Assembly: GCA_020184695.1 (NCBI GenBank)
Contig: JAANOX010000136.1
Location: 186,001 to 250,000, forward strand
Reading direction: 5' to 3'
Source of the DNA: Histomonas meleagridis 2922-C6/04-290x
Lineage: Eukaryota > Protista > Parabasalia
DNA: 64,000 bases
The notes below the pieces were generated by a model. The model had not been told where the DNA came from. It ran no database searches and was given only the letters and a program-made list of their open reading frames with translations. Positions 22,225 through 34,200 of this stretch are shown in pieces; within the stretch, counting starts at the first letter, position 1, and every line of letters begins with the position of its first letter. The position numbers and the translations under genes were made by a program.

Positions 22225-25113
22225 ATGGCCAGCAAAGAAGAAGTCGAAAATTTATTTAATTGCACACGTAGTCCAGATTTACCCTATGAACAACGTCAAA
22301 ACATAGACAAAATCTTATTAGATTTAACTAACCAAGCATCATTTTTTCCAATTCTTTTTGAAATATCAACTGAGGGAAAGGAATATTTGAGTAAAATGGC
22401 ACTTGTTTTTCTTAAAAAAACTATTGATGCCATATATTCACATTTATCAAATGATGAAAAATCATTTGTCAAATCACATGTTATGCAATTAATTTTTTCT
22501 GTTAATGACTATAGCTTAGCAATTGATTGTCTTAATTCTATTCTTTTCGTTGATGATCTTGAAAATCCTCAAGAATTTTTTTCGTTTATTCAAAACAAAA
22601 TAAACACACATCCACTTCAATCCATTACCTTACTATCTGTTGTTTTAAAATTTACAAGTGAGGAATTTATTTCATCGAATTTCCCACTTTTATATAATTT
22701 TGTTCAAATTGGGCTTACATCAGAACAATTAATTGGTCCATCAGTTGAAATCCTTATTATTTTATATCCTTTTCTTGCCACTCATCAAGATATGGCAAGT
22801 TGTTTAACTAAAATATCTGAATTTGCATGTCAATCATTTGGTAAACCATATTTTAATTCCATTTGGAAAATCGTTGCACTCCTCTGTCACGACAAAGCGA
22901 TGCCAGAATCACTTATTTTACCCATTTTTCAATATCTTCTTCAAAATGTTCAAAACCCACAAATTGAAGTTATTTCTTTAACACAATCGCTTCTCTCTAT
23001 TTCGAATTATTTTTCTTTATTTAATGTTGAAATGATTACTGCACTTCTTGATGCAACTTTCTTTTTAGCTTTTCGATATTTTTGCGAAAGCTTTACACTT
23101 CCAAATGATCCACTTACATTATTAGAAATCATATTAACAAAACTTCCAAAACTTAATATATATCCAATGATAAAAGAAAGAGTTATTTCGATACTTTCTC
23201 AACCTGATGATATGAAATATCCAACAGCAATATGTTCATTAGGATTTGTTGTTTCTTATACTCCAGATATTGCATTAAAAGATATTCAATTTTTAATTTC
23301 TACGCTTCAAAACGCATTAAATCAAAATAACGAACTTTTAAATGCTTCTGTTTGTTTTGTATTAAATCAATTTAATGAATCATTTAAATCATATGTTCCT
23401 GAATTCTTACCAAAGATTGTTCCATTTTTAGCAAATCCAAATGATGAATTACGTAAAAATGCTAATGACGCAATACATAATTTTTGTCAATTAATAGATA
23501 CCAAAATTCCAGACTTCTTCCAAGCAATTTGGAGTATTAAAAATAATATACCTAATGATGATATCCCAGGATTTATGCCATATATTGCAACGGCAATTGA
23601 AAAAACAGAAAATTTTGGCGATGCTGAAATCGATGAAATTATTTCAACAATTGAACCAATATTTTTAAATCCACAACAATCTAATATTGATCCAGCATAT
23701 TTTCTTGTTATAATATCATCATTAGTTTCACAAGTTGATTCACTTATTGATGATCTTTTACCAATTACTATACCAATACTTGACAGATATGTAATTAATT
23801 ATAAAGAATGTACGAATGATGATGTGTTAGGTTATTGTTTAATATATATTGGTGATATAATTAAAACATTTCCTGAAAAATCAAATGAATTATTAAATTA
23901 TGTTATAAGTTCACAATTAATTGCAAATGATTCAACAAAATCTGATCGAATTGTAATAGAAGCATTAAAGACATCAAGTATTACAGCTAAGTATATGGAA
24001 AACCATGAAATGGCTGAAGCACTTCAACCGATTTGTTGTAAAGTTTTAAGTTTTGAAGATGAAGATTTAAATTTAATTCCAACAGGTGTACTGTGTTCAC
24101 TTTATATTGCTAAATTACTTAATGAAGAAAGTTCGAAACAACTTTTCGATCAATTATTTACATTTTGTATGAACTCGAAAGATTGTCCTTCAGTAGCAGA
24201 AGCAACACGACCATTAATTAAACTTATAAAACATGCAACAAATACAAATTTACAACAATTTTTAACAGATGCTTATCAACTTATCGAATGTTTCATACAA
24301 GGAAATCTTCCATCAAATGATTTCCCACCACTTTCAGGTCAATGTGATTTAATATATATGAAAAATTTTGCTTTTTTAATTGGGCAAGTGATACGTTATC
24401 CACATCCATTTGTAGATCAATTATGTTTATTTATTATTAGTGTATTAAATTCACCTAATGAAGCGGCACTTTTTTCATATATTGGAGCGTTTTCTGATGG
24501 AATTAAATTTAATACTATTAAACCCGAATTTATTCAACAGTTCTTTATAAAAGTACCGGATTTAATACAAAATCATTCAAGTGATCCAGATAGCCAACAA
24601 AATATTTCATTTTTGTTTAATATACTTTTACAAGTTCATCCTGAATTAATTAATGTTGTGCAACCATTCATACAAAATATATGGCAATGGTTACAATATG
24701 GTCAACAACAAATGGGTGGTTACGAATTACTTGTTTCGAATGCTGCTTCATTTTTCTTGACGTTGTTTGCGAATAATTATCCGATTAATGAAGTTATATT
24801 GTTAGCTTCATTAAAAGAAATTCCTCCTTTTGATAGATTAGAGACTTCGACAATGTTAAATAATGTAATTAAAATTTTGGATACAAAACAAATTAATGAA
24901 CAAATTATCGAACAAATTTCTTTCGGTTTTGCTGAAGTTTTATTAATGAAAAATTCCGAAATTCAAGAAAGAAGAATATCACAAGAGTTATTCATGTTAG
25001 TGACTCAAAAATTTAGAAATATTATCCAAGCATTCCCTCAAGTTTATAATAGAATTCAAATTAAGTATCGAAAATCTAAAGCAAAAATACAAAAATTAAA
25101 TAAAGTGATATAG
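22225..25113 (+). CDS. HEAT/ARM-repeat protein, importin-beta (karyopherin)-like
   Basis: 962 aa, all-helical Leu/Ile-rich repeats; the N-terminus resembles IBN_N (RQNIDKIL..L...ASFFPILFEI...MALVFLKK). Confidence 0.65.
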   Translation: MASKEEVENLFNCTRSPDLPYEQRQNIDKILLDLTNQASFFPILFEISTEGKEYLSKMALVFLKKTIDAIYSHLSNDEKSFVKSHVMQLIFSVNDYSLAIDCLNSILFVDDLENPQEFFSFIQNKINTHPLQSITLLSVVLKFTSEEFISSNFPLLYNFVQIGLTSEQLIGPSVEILIILYPFLATHQDMASCLTKISEFACQSFGKPYFNSIWKIVALLCHDKAMPESLILPIFQYLLQNVQNPQIEVISLTQSLLSISNYFSLFNVEMITALLDATFFLAFRYFCESFTLPNDPLTLLEIILTKLPKLNIYPMIKERVISILSQPDDMKYPTAICSLGFVVSYTPDIALKDIQFLISTLQNALNQNNELLNASVCFVLNQFNESFKSYVPEFLPKIVPFLANPNDELRKNANDAIHNFCQLIDTKIPDFFQAIWSIKNNIPNDDIPGFMPYIATAIEKTENFGDAEIDEIISTIEPIFLNPQQSNIDPAYFLVIISSLVSQVDSLIDDLLPITIPILDRYVINYKECTNDDVLGYCLIYIGDIIKTFPEKSNELLNYVISSQLIANDSTKSDRIVIEALKTSSITAKYMENHEMAEALQPICCKVLSFEDEDLNLIPTGVLCSLYIAKLLNEESSKQLFDQLFTFCMNSKDCPSVAEATRPLIKLIKHATNTNLQQFLTDAYQLIECFIQGNLPSNDFPPLSGQCDLIYMKNFAFLIGQVIRYPHPFVDQLCLFIISVLNSPNEAALFSYIGAFSDGIKFNTIKPEFIQQFFIKVPDLIQNHSSDPDSQQNISFLFNILLQVHPELINVVQPFIQNIWQWLQYGQQQMGGYELLVSNAASFFLTLFANNYPINEVILLASLKEIPPFDRLETSTMLNNVIKILDTKQINEQIIEQISFGFAEVLLMKNSEIQERRISQELFMLVTQKFRNIIQAFPQVYNRIQIKYRKSKAKIQKLNKVI

Positions 25114-25184
25114 CAATGTAAACCTTTCAAATCAGTTTGTCTCAATTTCAAAAAGTGTCATGGCTGGCCACTTTGTCTCCAAAA

Positions 25185-25664
25185 ATGAGCGATAATAACA
25201 CTATTGCTTCCGAATTTATAGCAGCATACTACTATAAATTAACTTACGTGCCAAATGATATCCAAAAGTTTTATAATCAAGAAAAGGCAACAATTTGGCG
25301 TCAATCAATGGAATCTTCAAACGCTATTCCTTTCAAAGATGCTAAAAATTTATTAGTTCCTACAATTACAAAAGGAAGCAAAGTTAGCGTCTTGGAATAC
25401 AATATCTTAAATGTCGAAAATGGTTTCATCTTAAACGTTTTCGGTAAAATCGAAGAAGGAGAAACTGCTAGAAAGTTTGTTCAAACATTTTTCATTGAAA
25501 TTGTTAAGGCAGAAGACGTTTCTAGAATTTGCATTATTTCTGATTCATTAAAGTATGAGTCAACTAAGGAAGAGGAAGAAGCACTTCAACTTACTGAAGT
25601 TCGTCCAAAGAAACAATACAAGAAGAAACCAACACCAAATAAGTTCGTTTATAAAGCTGATTAA
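25185..25664 (+). CDS. NTF2-like domain protein (G3BP/Bre5-type)
   Basis: IASEFIAAYYYKL...IQKFY, GFILNVFGKI, RKFVQTFFI, IISDSLKY. ATG at 25185. Confidence 0.75.
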   Translation: MSDNNTIASEFIAAYYYKLTYVPNDIQKFYNQEKATIWRQSMESSNAIPFKDAKNLLVPTITKGSKVSVLEYNILNVENGFILNVFGKIEEGETARKFVQTFFIEIVKAEDVSRICIISDSLKYESTKEEEEALQLTEVRPKKQYKKKPTPNKFVYKAD

Positions 25665-25866
25665 ACAGTCATATAATTTTTATTTTATTTTAAAATGTTA
25701 TAAAGGAAAATTCATTCGAAGTTAATATTTTATATATTTATTTTTTCCGAATACATCATTTTTATTGTATAACAATTTATAAATTTTGAAAATATTCTGG
25801 TTTTACCTTTGAAATTGGGTTTTTTAATAAAAATTTTATTGATAAAATACTGTTTATATAAACCTA

Positions 25867-28587
25867 ATGAATCAATTACAACTTTCATTCAATGATTGGG
25901 CTTATATTGATCCAAAAAACACAAAGAATCAACAATGTGCTTGGGGAACATGTGGTGTATTTGCACATTCAATAGGAAATGTTATCACTATTTACTCTGA
26001 AGATAAATATTCATTTCATCCTATAAAGAATATATCTATGCATACTCCATTGATTATAGCAATTGCTTTATATGATGGAAGACTTATTGGTGCACGATCA
26101 CTTCCTTATTTAGTGTTTTCAACTCAGAATGGTAAGATTATAGTTGTTGATTTTTCTAATTATGAAACTATTGCTGAATTTAATTGTAATAATGTAATTA
26201 TTGTTTCTTTAAAGTGGTCATATACTTCTCAGAATACATTTTTTGCAGGAACAAATGATGGAAAACTTATTAGATTTGACATTGAAGAAATAAATGGGAA
26301 GCATCGTATAAAAGTTATATGGAAAATATCATTTGGAAAAAGTCCAACTAGTTTTATTTGTATTGAACCAAATCTTGGAAATAATATAATTGCTGCTTCA
26401 AAACATTGGAATCTTTTAATAGTGGAAAATATCCAATCTAAAGAGCCTTCATATATTCAAAGATCTTTTGAAATGAATGATTCTAATATGTTAATTGTTT
26501 ATTGTGATTATTACTTGCTTTATTCTAATTATATCATATTATGTTCGGAAACTAGTGCATTTCTTTATTCAATTCATGATAATATAATCTGTAATTTTAT
26601 TTCTGATGATGGTATCCGTTATATTCAACCAATTAAAAAAAAGAATCAAATAATAATTATTACAAAATCGAAAATTAGGATTTTAGAACAGCAAAAAAAT
26701 AAGAATTGGATTTGTTGTTCTATGATTAACTTTGAAGAAAAATTTAGTAAAGCATTTCGAATAGTAAAACTTATACAATCATATGATAGATTTATTTTAG
26801 TTACATCTGTAGGCTATATTAATTTAGTAGAAATTCGTAATAATAAATTATTTATTACAAAAAGATTTCAATTACTTTATTCACGCCCAATGGGATGGGA
26901 TATTTATGATGGATCAATCGCTATTGTTAACGAGAATGGAATACTTTGTATTACTAAAAAATCACCTGAAGCAAAATTTAAATCAGATTCTAACTTTAGG
27001 ATATCTGATTTTCATAGAAGTCAATCTTTAAACCAAGAAAGACCTTCAATTGTTATCAGAAAGCCTACTCGCTCACTTCAAAGTAAAGAAACATCAACAG
27101 AAATAAAAAATGGAAACGATACAACTTTTGAAAAATGTTTTCATATATCGAAAGGACCTTTAAATTTTGTAAAATGGATACATAATAATAAAATATTATG
27201 TTATAATATAAATAGAAATCTAAAAGTAGATATTTGGCTTGTTGATCTCAAAAAAAGAAAAGTAATTCCATATGATCAGGATAGAGTAAAATTTATTCCT
27301 TTTCCTTTGACAAAAGTATATTTAAATTGTGATAGAACAATATGTTGTATTATTTTTGGTGATTTATTTGCATCCTTCATTTCATTAAGTAAATTTCCTC
27401 AATGTATTGGTGTTTATTCATCTAGAGAACCTTTCTTGTTTTCATTCGGACCGACTCCATCCATAGCAATTCTTGCTACAAATTCAAATTTGAAGTTATC
27501 TGTTTTAAGGATTTCAGAGGAGACTGTAAAAGTTGTTCCTCTTAAAATTAAATTAAAACAGGAAATATCTATTATTTCAAGGATTGAAGAAGGGTTTTTA
27601 TTTGGAACAATGTTAGGTGAACTCTTTACACTTAATATAGAAACTAATGAATTTTGTGAAATTGCAACTGTTTCAAATAGACCAATTATTGCTATAAGGT
27701 TCTTAGAAAAATCATATTTATTAGTTGATGATTCAAGAAAATCATTTATTTATTCAAATGGAAAAATTCATAATTTTAAAAGTAATATTCAACAAATTTC
27801 ATTTACTTCTCCAAATACCTTTCTAATTTTATATTTAAATAAAAAGAAACTTGTAGTAGAAAGTCAAAATGGGAAAAATGTTAAAGAAGATCCATTAACA
27901 TATATTCCACCATCATTATTACCAAGTTTTCAATGGTCACTATATATCAAAAAACTAGTTTTAACTGATTATGATAAAACAAAAAATATTTTAATGGGAT
28001 TAGGTCTTCCTTTAGTAAGCTTAATTTTAATGGAAAAGAAACAAGATGATGAAGATATAAATGGATTTTCCATTTTATCAAATGTGATAGATAAAGTACA
28101 AGAAATGATTCCATCAACATCACTTTCTCATGCTTTAGCAAATAATAAAGAAGAATCAATGAGCATAAGATTGAATCTTAGTTTGGATCATCCAAATTAT
28201 GCAAAAGAAATAATGAAGACAATATTCTATTCTGATGATATGAAAAACAATGGTTTTGCAAAAATTATCGCAATGAAACTTCTTGATTCTGGAAATTATA
28301 TTGACGCTTTTGAAATTATGGTGTTATCTGGTAACTGGGAAAGCGCTATAGAATTATTGATTGAATCTAACCATATTTTAAATGCCATACATCTAATGAA
28401 GTTTAAAATGAATAAAGAAAATCAAGAAATGATTGAAAAACTGGTATCAGGCATTATGAAAAATGATTCCTTGTTATTGATGTATGCAAATTTTTGGAAT
28501 CTTGATTATATAATCAATTATTTTAATCAAAAAGGTCAAGAAGAAATAACTGAGTTACTTGGCAAACTCAAAAATATACAATGTTGA
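25867..28587 (+). CDS. WD40/beta-propeller protein, possibly WDR11-like
   Basis: Beta-rich repeats (SLKWS, FAGTNDGKLIRFD, MGWDIYD) and a helical C-terminus. Confidence 0.55.
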   Translation: MNQLQLSFNDWAYIDPKNTKNQQCAWGTCGVFAHSIGNVITIYSEDKYSFHPIKNISMHTPLIIAIALYDGRLIGARSLPYLVFSTQNGKIIVVDFSNYETIAEFNCNNVIIVSLKWSYTSQNTFFAGTNDGKLIRFDIEEINGKHRIKVIWKISFGKSPTSFICIEPNLGNNIIAASKHWNLLIVENIQSKEPSYIQRSFEMNDSNMLIVYCDYYLLYSNYIILCSETSAFLYSIHDNIICNFISDDGIRYIQPIKKKNQIIIITKSKIRILEQQKNKNWICCSMINFEEKFSKAFRIVKLIQSYDRFILVTSVGYINLVEIRNNKLFITKRFQLLYSRPMGWDIYDGSIAIVNENGILCITKKSPEAKFKSDSNFRISDFHRSQSLNQERPSIVIRKPTRSLQSKETSTEIKNGNDTTFEKCFHISKGPLNFVKWIHNNKILCYNINRNLKVDIWLVDLKKRKVIPYDQDRVKFIPFPLTKVYLNCDRTICCIIFGDLFASFISLSKFPQCIGVYSSREPFLFSFGPTPSIAILATNSNLKLSVLRISEETVKVVPLKIKLKQEISIISRIEEGFLFGTMLGELFTLNIETNEFCEIATVSNRPIIAIRFLEKSYLLVDDSRKSFIYSNGKIHNFKSNIQQISFTSPNTFLILYLNKKKLVVESQNGKNVKEDPLTYIPPSLLPSFQWSLYIKKLVLTDYDKTKNILMGLGLPLVSLILMEKKQDDEDINGFSILSNVIDKVQEMIPSTSLSHALANNKEESMSIRLNLSLDHPNYAKEIMKTIFYSDDMKNNGFAKIIAMKLLDSGNYIDAFEIMVLSGNWESAIELLIESNHILNAIHLMKFKMNKENQEMIEKLVSGIMKNDSLLLMYANFWNLDYIINYFNQKGQEEITELLGKLKNIQC

Positions 28588-28785
28588 ATATACGTTACAT
28601 CTTGAAATGAAATAATATATAATAAAAATATTTTAAAAATAACATTTTTACAATGGTTTATGATATTTACAATTTACCTCTTATTCGATTTTTTAAATTA
28701 AATCGTTTTCACTTATCTTTTTATGAATTATAACATAATACAAATAATAGTAAAATTCCGTAATTCTATTTTATTATTAAAACAT

Positions 28786-30912
28786 TCATCTTAATGGAGT
28801 CAGTTTATCCAAACTTTTCGTTTTTTGTTGAATATCCAAATTTCCTCCTCTGTAGTTCCTTGACGTTTCCGCGTCTCTTTGCGTCCTCGCTCTTGTGCTT
28901 CTGATTGTGACGTTGTTCATTCTCGATCTTCTAATTGAAGAAATTTTTTCTTTTGTATCGTCCTCAAACTCAAAGTTTAAGTCGACCAAACTATTCATTG
29001 CACTTTTTGCTTTGGTATTTTCGTTTATATCTTCAGTTTCGTCAATTTGACCAAAATTCAATAATTCAATATTTTCGTCAATGTTCATATCTTGCGACAT
29101 AGTGAAGGGATTGATTGACCTTCTTCTAGAGTTGCCTTGGTATTCAATTTCTTCGGGTACTTCTTCATCGCTATCACTATATATTTCATATTCGTCTTCT
29201 TCTTCTTCAAGTGGATTTGGTAATGGTTGTGTGGGAAATTCATAGTTAGGTAATGCATGGATTTGGGCTTCGACAAGTTCTTCAGATGTGACATTTTCAG
29301 ATTCTTGATAATCATCAAGTATACTATGGATTATAAAAAGAAGGCGTGCACGCATAGAACGTGAAATTGTGTCAGATGAAAGCATGGAAAGAGCAAATGG
29401 TACAACTGATATGAGTTTTTGTGAAATTTCTATATCTAGAAGTTGTAGAAGATCTATAGCAGGGTCCATTGCTTGTGACCAATGGCGTAAATTCCAAAAG
29501 TCAGATAAAGATGGAATAATGGATTTGATAGTAAAATCACTTCCTAAGCGTTTAGAAATAAGAACAAAAACACACATTATAAGTTTAGCCAGTTCTTGAC
29601 TCGAAGCTGATGCGAGACGATGACTTAAAGCTGGTGTGAGTTTATCTGATATAAATATATTTGTCATTTTTGGTATTACATATGGAAGAACCTTTACACA
29701 ACTAATACTTACTGATTCATCAGTTGTATCAAGGCTATTAAGTATTGTCGGAATAATTGTTGAATCATAATAAATTGGTGAAACACGTTTAAGAAGAACC
29801 GCCATGTATCGTATTAACGTTTCACATATTTTGGGGTGCCCTTTTATCTGAAAAATTGATGTTAACGGTTTTATGATTTCCTCGTTGAATTGGCTGTCTT
29901 TTTTGTATTTATCTTGGACAGCGAATATTATTGAAAGCAAAACACTACATAACTCAATATTGTTATTGATATAAAACATAAAAATAGGCATGAATTTGGA
30001 TTGTATCATTCTAAAGGAAAATGCATAAATGATATCCCTAAGTCCAACAAAAAAGTTCAAAAGGTCATCAACATCATGTTGTCCTATGTCATATATGTAA
30101 TTAAAGACAGAACAAACAAGTGAAGTGAATGCATGTGAATTTACAATTTCTCCAAAGGTTAATCTTGCATTATCATTAGCAAGCATACAGTTTTTAAGTA
30201 ATTTATCGAAACCTTCTGGAAGATTATCACATGAGTTAATCGATAAAGGGCCTTTAGAATCCTTTTTTTGAAATATGAAAAGACATGTAAGAGCAAACAT
30301 ATAAACATCAGCTTTTGCAGTGAATCCACGACCCATTATTATCTCTGGTGGAAGGAATTCACTTGGGAGATGGAAAATTGAGTTTGGTACCCATGGGGTA
30401 AATGGATGTTGTAATGTTTCATTTTCATATTGGAATGTTGTAGCATGAATAAATGGTCCAAGCTTAACTGAGAAGCGATGATTTATAAATATGTTTTGAG
30501 GAGTAAGGCCGAGATATGCAATTTTCATGGAATGTAGATCTTTCATAACATTAGATATAGATTGAACAAGATACAGTCCTTCATCACGTGAAATCTTACC
30601 AATAGATGTGATATTCGAAACAATATGTTCTGAAGCAAATCCTAAAGTATTTTCAATATATCCTATTTCTAAGATTTTAAGGACCATAGGATGAGAAATC
30701 TTTTGCATCATTTGAAGGCTAGATTCACAATGTGAAAGAAAGTTATGTCTCTTTTTTTTACTTTTTTCATTTTTTTTAATTAATTGATAGTCAATTATCC
30801 AAAGTGAGCAAGATTTCCCAGTTGATTTAATCGTAGCCTTATGTACTTTCCATATACCAACGTCGAACTTAAAAACGATGTTTCCATAGTTCGAAGAGAT
30901 ATCTGCTCCCAT
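28786..30912 (-). CDS. SCY1-like pseudokinase with HEAT repeats
   Basis: WKVHKAT, ISHPMVLKIL, FASEHI, YLGLTPQNIFIN, EFLPPEII, ADVYMFAL; lacks HRD/DFG; MGADIS start at ATG 30912. Confidence 0.8.
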   Translation of the reverse strand: MGADISSNYGNIVFKFDVGIWKVHKATIKSTGKSCSLWIIDYQLIKKNEKSKKKRHNFLSHCESSLQMMQKISHPMVLKILEIGYIENTLGFASEHIVSNITSIGKISRDEGLYLVQSISNVMKDLHSMKIAYLGLTPQNIFINHRFSVKLGPFIHATTFQYENETLQHPFTPWVPNSIFHLPSEFLPPEIIMGRGFTAKADVYMFALTCLFIFQKKDSKGPLSINSCDNLPEGFDKLLKNCMLANDNARLTFGEIVNSHAFTSLVCSVFNYIYDIGQHDVDDLLNFFVGLRDIIYAFSFRMIQSKFMPIFMFYINNNIELCSVLLSIIFAVQDKYKKDSQFNEEIIKPLTSIFQIKGHPKICETLIRYMAVLLKRVSPIYYDSTIIPTILNSLDTTDESVSISCVKVLPYVIPKMTNIFISDKLTPALSHRLASASSQELAKLIMCVFVLISKRLGSDFTIKSIIPSLSDFWNLRHWSQAMDPAIDLLQLLDIEISQKLISVVPFALSMLSSDTISRSMRARLLFIIHSILDDYQESENVTSEELVEAQIHALPNYEFPTQPLPNPLEEEEDEYEIYSDSDEEVPEEIEYQGNSRRRSINPFTMSQDMNIDENIELLNFGQIDETEDINENTKAKSAMNSLVDLNFEFEDDTKEKISSIRRSRMNNVTIRSTRARTQRDAETSRNYRGGNLDIQQKTKSLDKLTPLR

Positions 30913-31207
30913 TTTGCACAAGCTGCCGGATAAACCATTCAATTCTCCATCGTTCGCCGTTCCAACATAAAAAAGCCGAAAATCAAACCTCCGAAACCGC
31001 CGAAATAAAAAATCGGCAGTATCGGTATCACTTTTTGAAAGTGATTCAATCAAAGCCGATCAAAAAGTACTGCTAATTTAATTCCATTTAAAAAAATTTT
31101 TAAATTTTTTTTAACGCAAGTGGAAGTTTATTTACTTTTTTTTTTCAAATTACAACCATTTGCTTTTTTATATTTTATAAAAATATAAATAAATCAAATT
31201 ATCAATA

Positions 31208-34200
31208 TTATGAATATAAAAACGCTCCTTGTCCTTCGCTAATAGCCATTAACAATTTCTTTTTCAAGATTTCCTTCGAACTATATTCAGGCACTTTAAA
31301 GTAATTCGAACACGTCGATGCAGTTGGTAATGCATCATCTGGATTTTGGCCTTTTTCGACAGCTCTTTTAGCTATCGATAACTTTGGGTTTAAGTTTGCT
31401 AATCCACCGACAGGTAATCTTTCACAACCTGTAATGAATTTAATTAGCAACGCCTTTTGTTTCGGATCCATTTCTAAAATTGTTTGGAATAACATATTAA
31501 TAACAGGCGATTTAGAATTATAACCATGTTCAAGGATAACATATTTTTCTAAATCATTTTTCGTTATATTTACATCTTCACCAATAATTAAAAACTTTAA
31601 ATCTCTAGATGATAAAAGTTTAAATCCTCCGCGTTCTATAATCGAATGAAAACCATCGAGAAAACGCTTTCGAATTTGATTTAATTTAGAGCCACAAGTA
31701 AAATCAATTATTAAATTTGTATATTTCGAAAAGTTTTGTTTTGTAACAAATATATTTTTCCCATTATTACATAGTTCTAAATCATCAAATCCTGGATAAG
31801 TGAATGGCATTCCTTCTAATCCTTCGAAACTTAACAATGAATTATAAAGTCTTTCATCGACTTCTTTTAAATGTATTTTATACCCTTTAATAAACTTAAA
31901 GAAAGTATTACTTAATGGTATTGATAATAATGAATTCATTTGTATTGCTTTCCCACATAACAGACCTAATAAATAAAACATTTCTGGATTAGCATTAGGT
32001 GATGGGAATAATCCATTTTCAGAAAATGAATATTCATTATCACTTAATGTAGAATTTCGCCACATATTATATTTCTTTTTAGCTAATTCTTTGGAAAACA
32101 AATCAAAGAATTCATGAGCTGGTCCTAAACCAAAACCATTTTCATTATGAAATGATATATCTAAATGTATTGCAGATGGTCCAATTTCTTTTAATAGTTT
32201 AGAACCATCTTCAAAGATATGATCACGTCGAATTATACATGTAAATGTTTGACGTCCTTCACGTAATATTTGATTTTGATGAAATATCGTTGAATATGCA
32301 GATGATAATGAAGAATAATAATCTAATGATATGATTTTAAATAAAAGAATTTTATAACGTGATGAAAATAAAAATGGATAATGATATGGAATGATAATTG
32401 ATGGCGAAGACATTGAAATAATTCCTGTAAATGTACTTTTGGAATTAAGACGATGTTCAATCGACTTAACTTTATGACTTAATTTAGGTGAAATACTATT
32501 AATCTTTTCCATTATCTTTAAGAAATCATTAAATTTATGATTTAACTTTAATTCTTTTGGTATTGATTCACCATATATTATAGGATTAGGTTCAACTTCA
32601 TCAATTAATTCCATATCAAAGACTGTCGATCTAAATAATGATATTAATTGTAATGATCGAACATATGTATTATATGTAAAGTCTAAATATGAATAAACTT
32701 TATCTTTAATCTTAAATGAAAATCGTTTATAATTTGGTGTATTAAAGATTCGATGTAATATACCAATTTGTGTAAATGATAATCGTGTTAAATTTGGTAT
32801 TTGATATATCGAATTATTATTAAGTTTTTGTTCTAAATATGTCGTTGTTATTTTATTATGTTCTTGATTCCACCAAGCTTCGAACCCTACAAATTGTCCA
32901 TTACTATATATAGTAATTACTCCATAATTATTACCTTTATAAATAACATTATATGGTATTGACGTTTGTATTAAATCATTAGCAGTCTTTCGAAATGTAG
33001 GATCATTAAATAATGGTAATTGGATTACTTGTGCTATACTTTCCATAGTTTCAACAAGTTTTGTAAAATCTAAGTTTTGTATACTTTGTGACTTCGTTAA
33101 CATTTTTGGTACTTCACTAAATACTTTCGACATATAAAACTCAACTGGTTTAAACTTATTCTTGGACATAAAGTCAAGTAACTTCTCAATAGTATCGATC
33201 TTCGCATTATTAAAACTATTGTTAGATGAATTCTCTAATCGTCGTGTTAATATTCGTAACTTTTCATCATACCATACTTGATATGCTTTATTTTGTTGTG
33301 TTGATGCTTGTAATGCTTCAAATAAACCACTAGATAAATATATATCTTCATTACCCGTACATGTAACTGTTAATAGTATCGCATGCATCGATGATATTTG
33401 TTGTCGTTGTAAATATGTTACAAGTTTAACAAATACTTTGTTCGGAACTTGAAATGTTATTATCGAGCGACAAACTATTAATAACGCATATGATAATTTA
33501 ATATCAATGTCTTTTTTCTCAATGAAATCTATACAATATGGATGTATAATATTAGCTAAGCGTTCAAGATTAGTCGCACATTCATGTGGCTTATCCCAAT
33601 ACCCATCTGGGAAATCAGCAGCTGGAAAGATATTTAATAATAAGTTTAACATTTGATTGATAATTGTATTCGATTTTTGACCAAATTTATTACATGAAAA
33701 ATATTTCGCATATGAAATATCGCCATCAACCCATTTTTGTGCAAACCAAACTTCTTTACATTTACCTTTACATGTGGTAATTAATGGTTCAATGGCATCG
33801 GGATCATCGCAAATTGATAATGTTTCAAATAAGATATCATATATGTTGTTGGGGATTAAAGGCATTGTGAATGAATTGATTAAATGTGAAAATGTAATAA
33901 CGGATAAACGACGGATGATAGTGTCGTTGTATTGGAGTTTGTTGGCTATTTGATTAAAGTGTTTAAGTGCATCAGTTTGTGAAATATGTTCTGTTGTGGT
34001 ACAAATACATTTAATGACAAAGCGCTTTTGGTTTGTCATAAGTTGGTCAAAATGTTTTAGAAAGATATCAATGCTAAATAAAGTAGTAATTTTTTTGGGA
34101 TCAATTTCATTTAAGGCAATTATAAGTTCAAAGGTACTTTGTGCCATTCGACGACTAAGATCCTGATTGAGTTTGGTTAGAATTAAATTGTATATGAAAT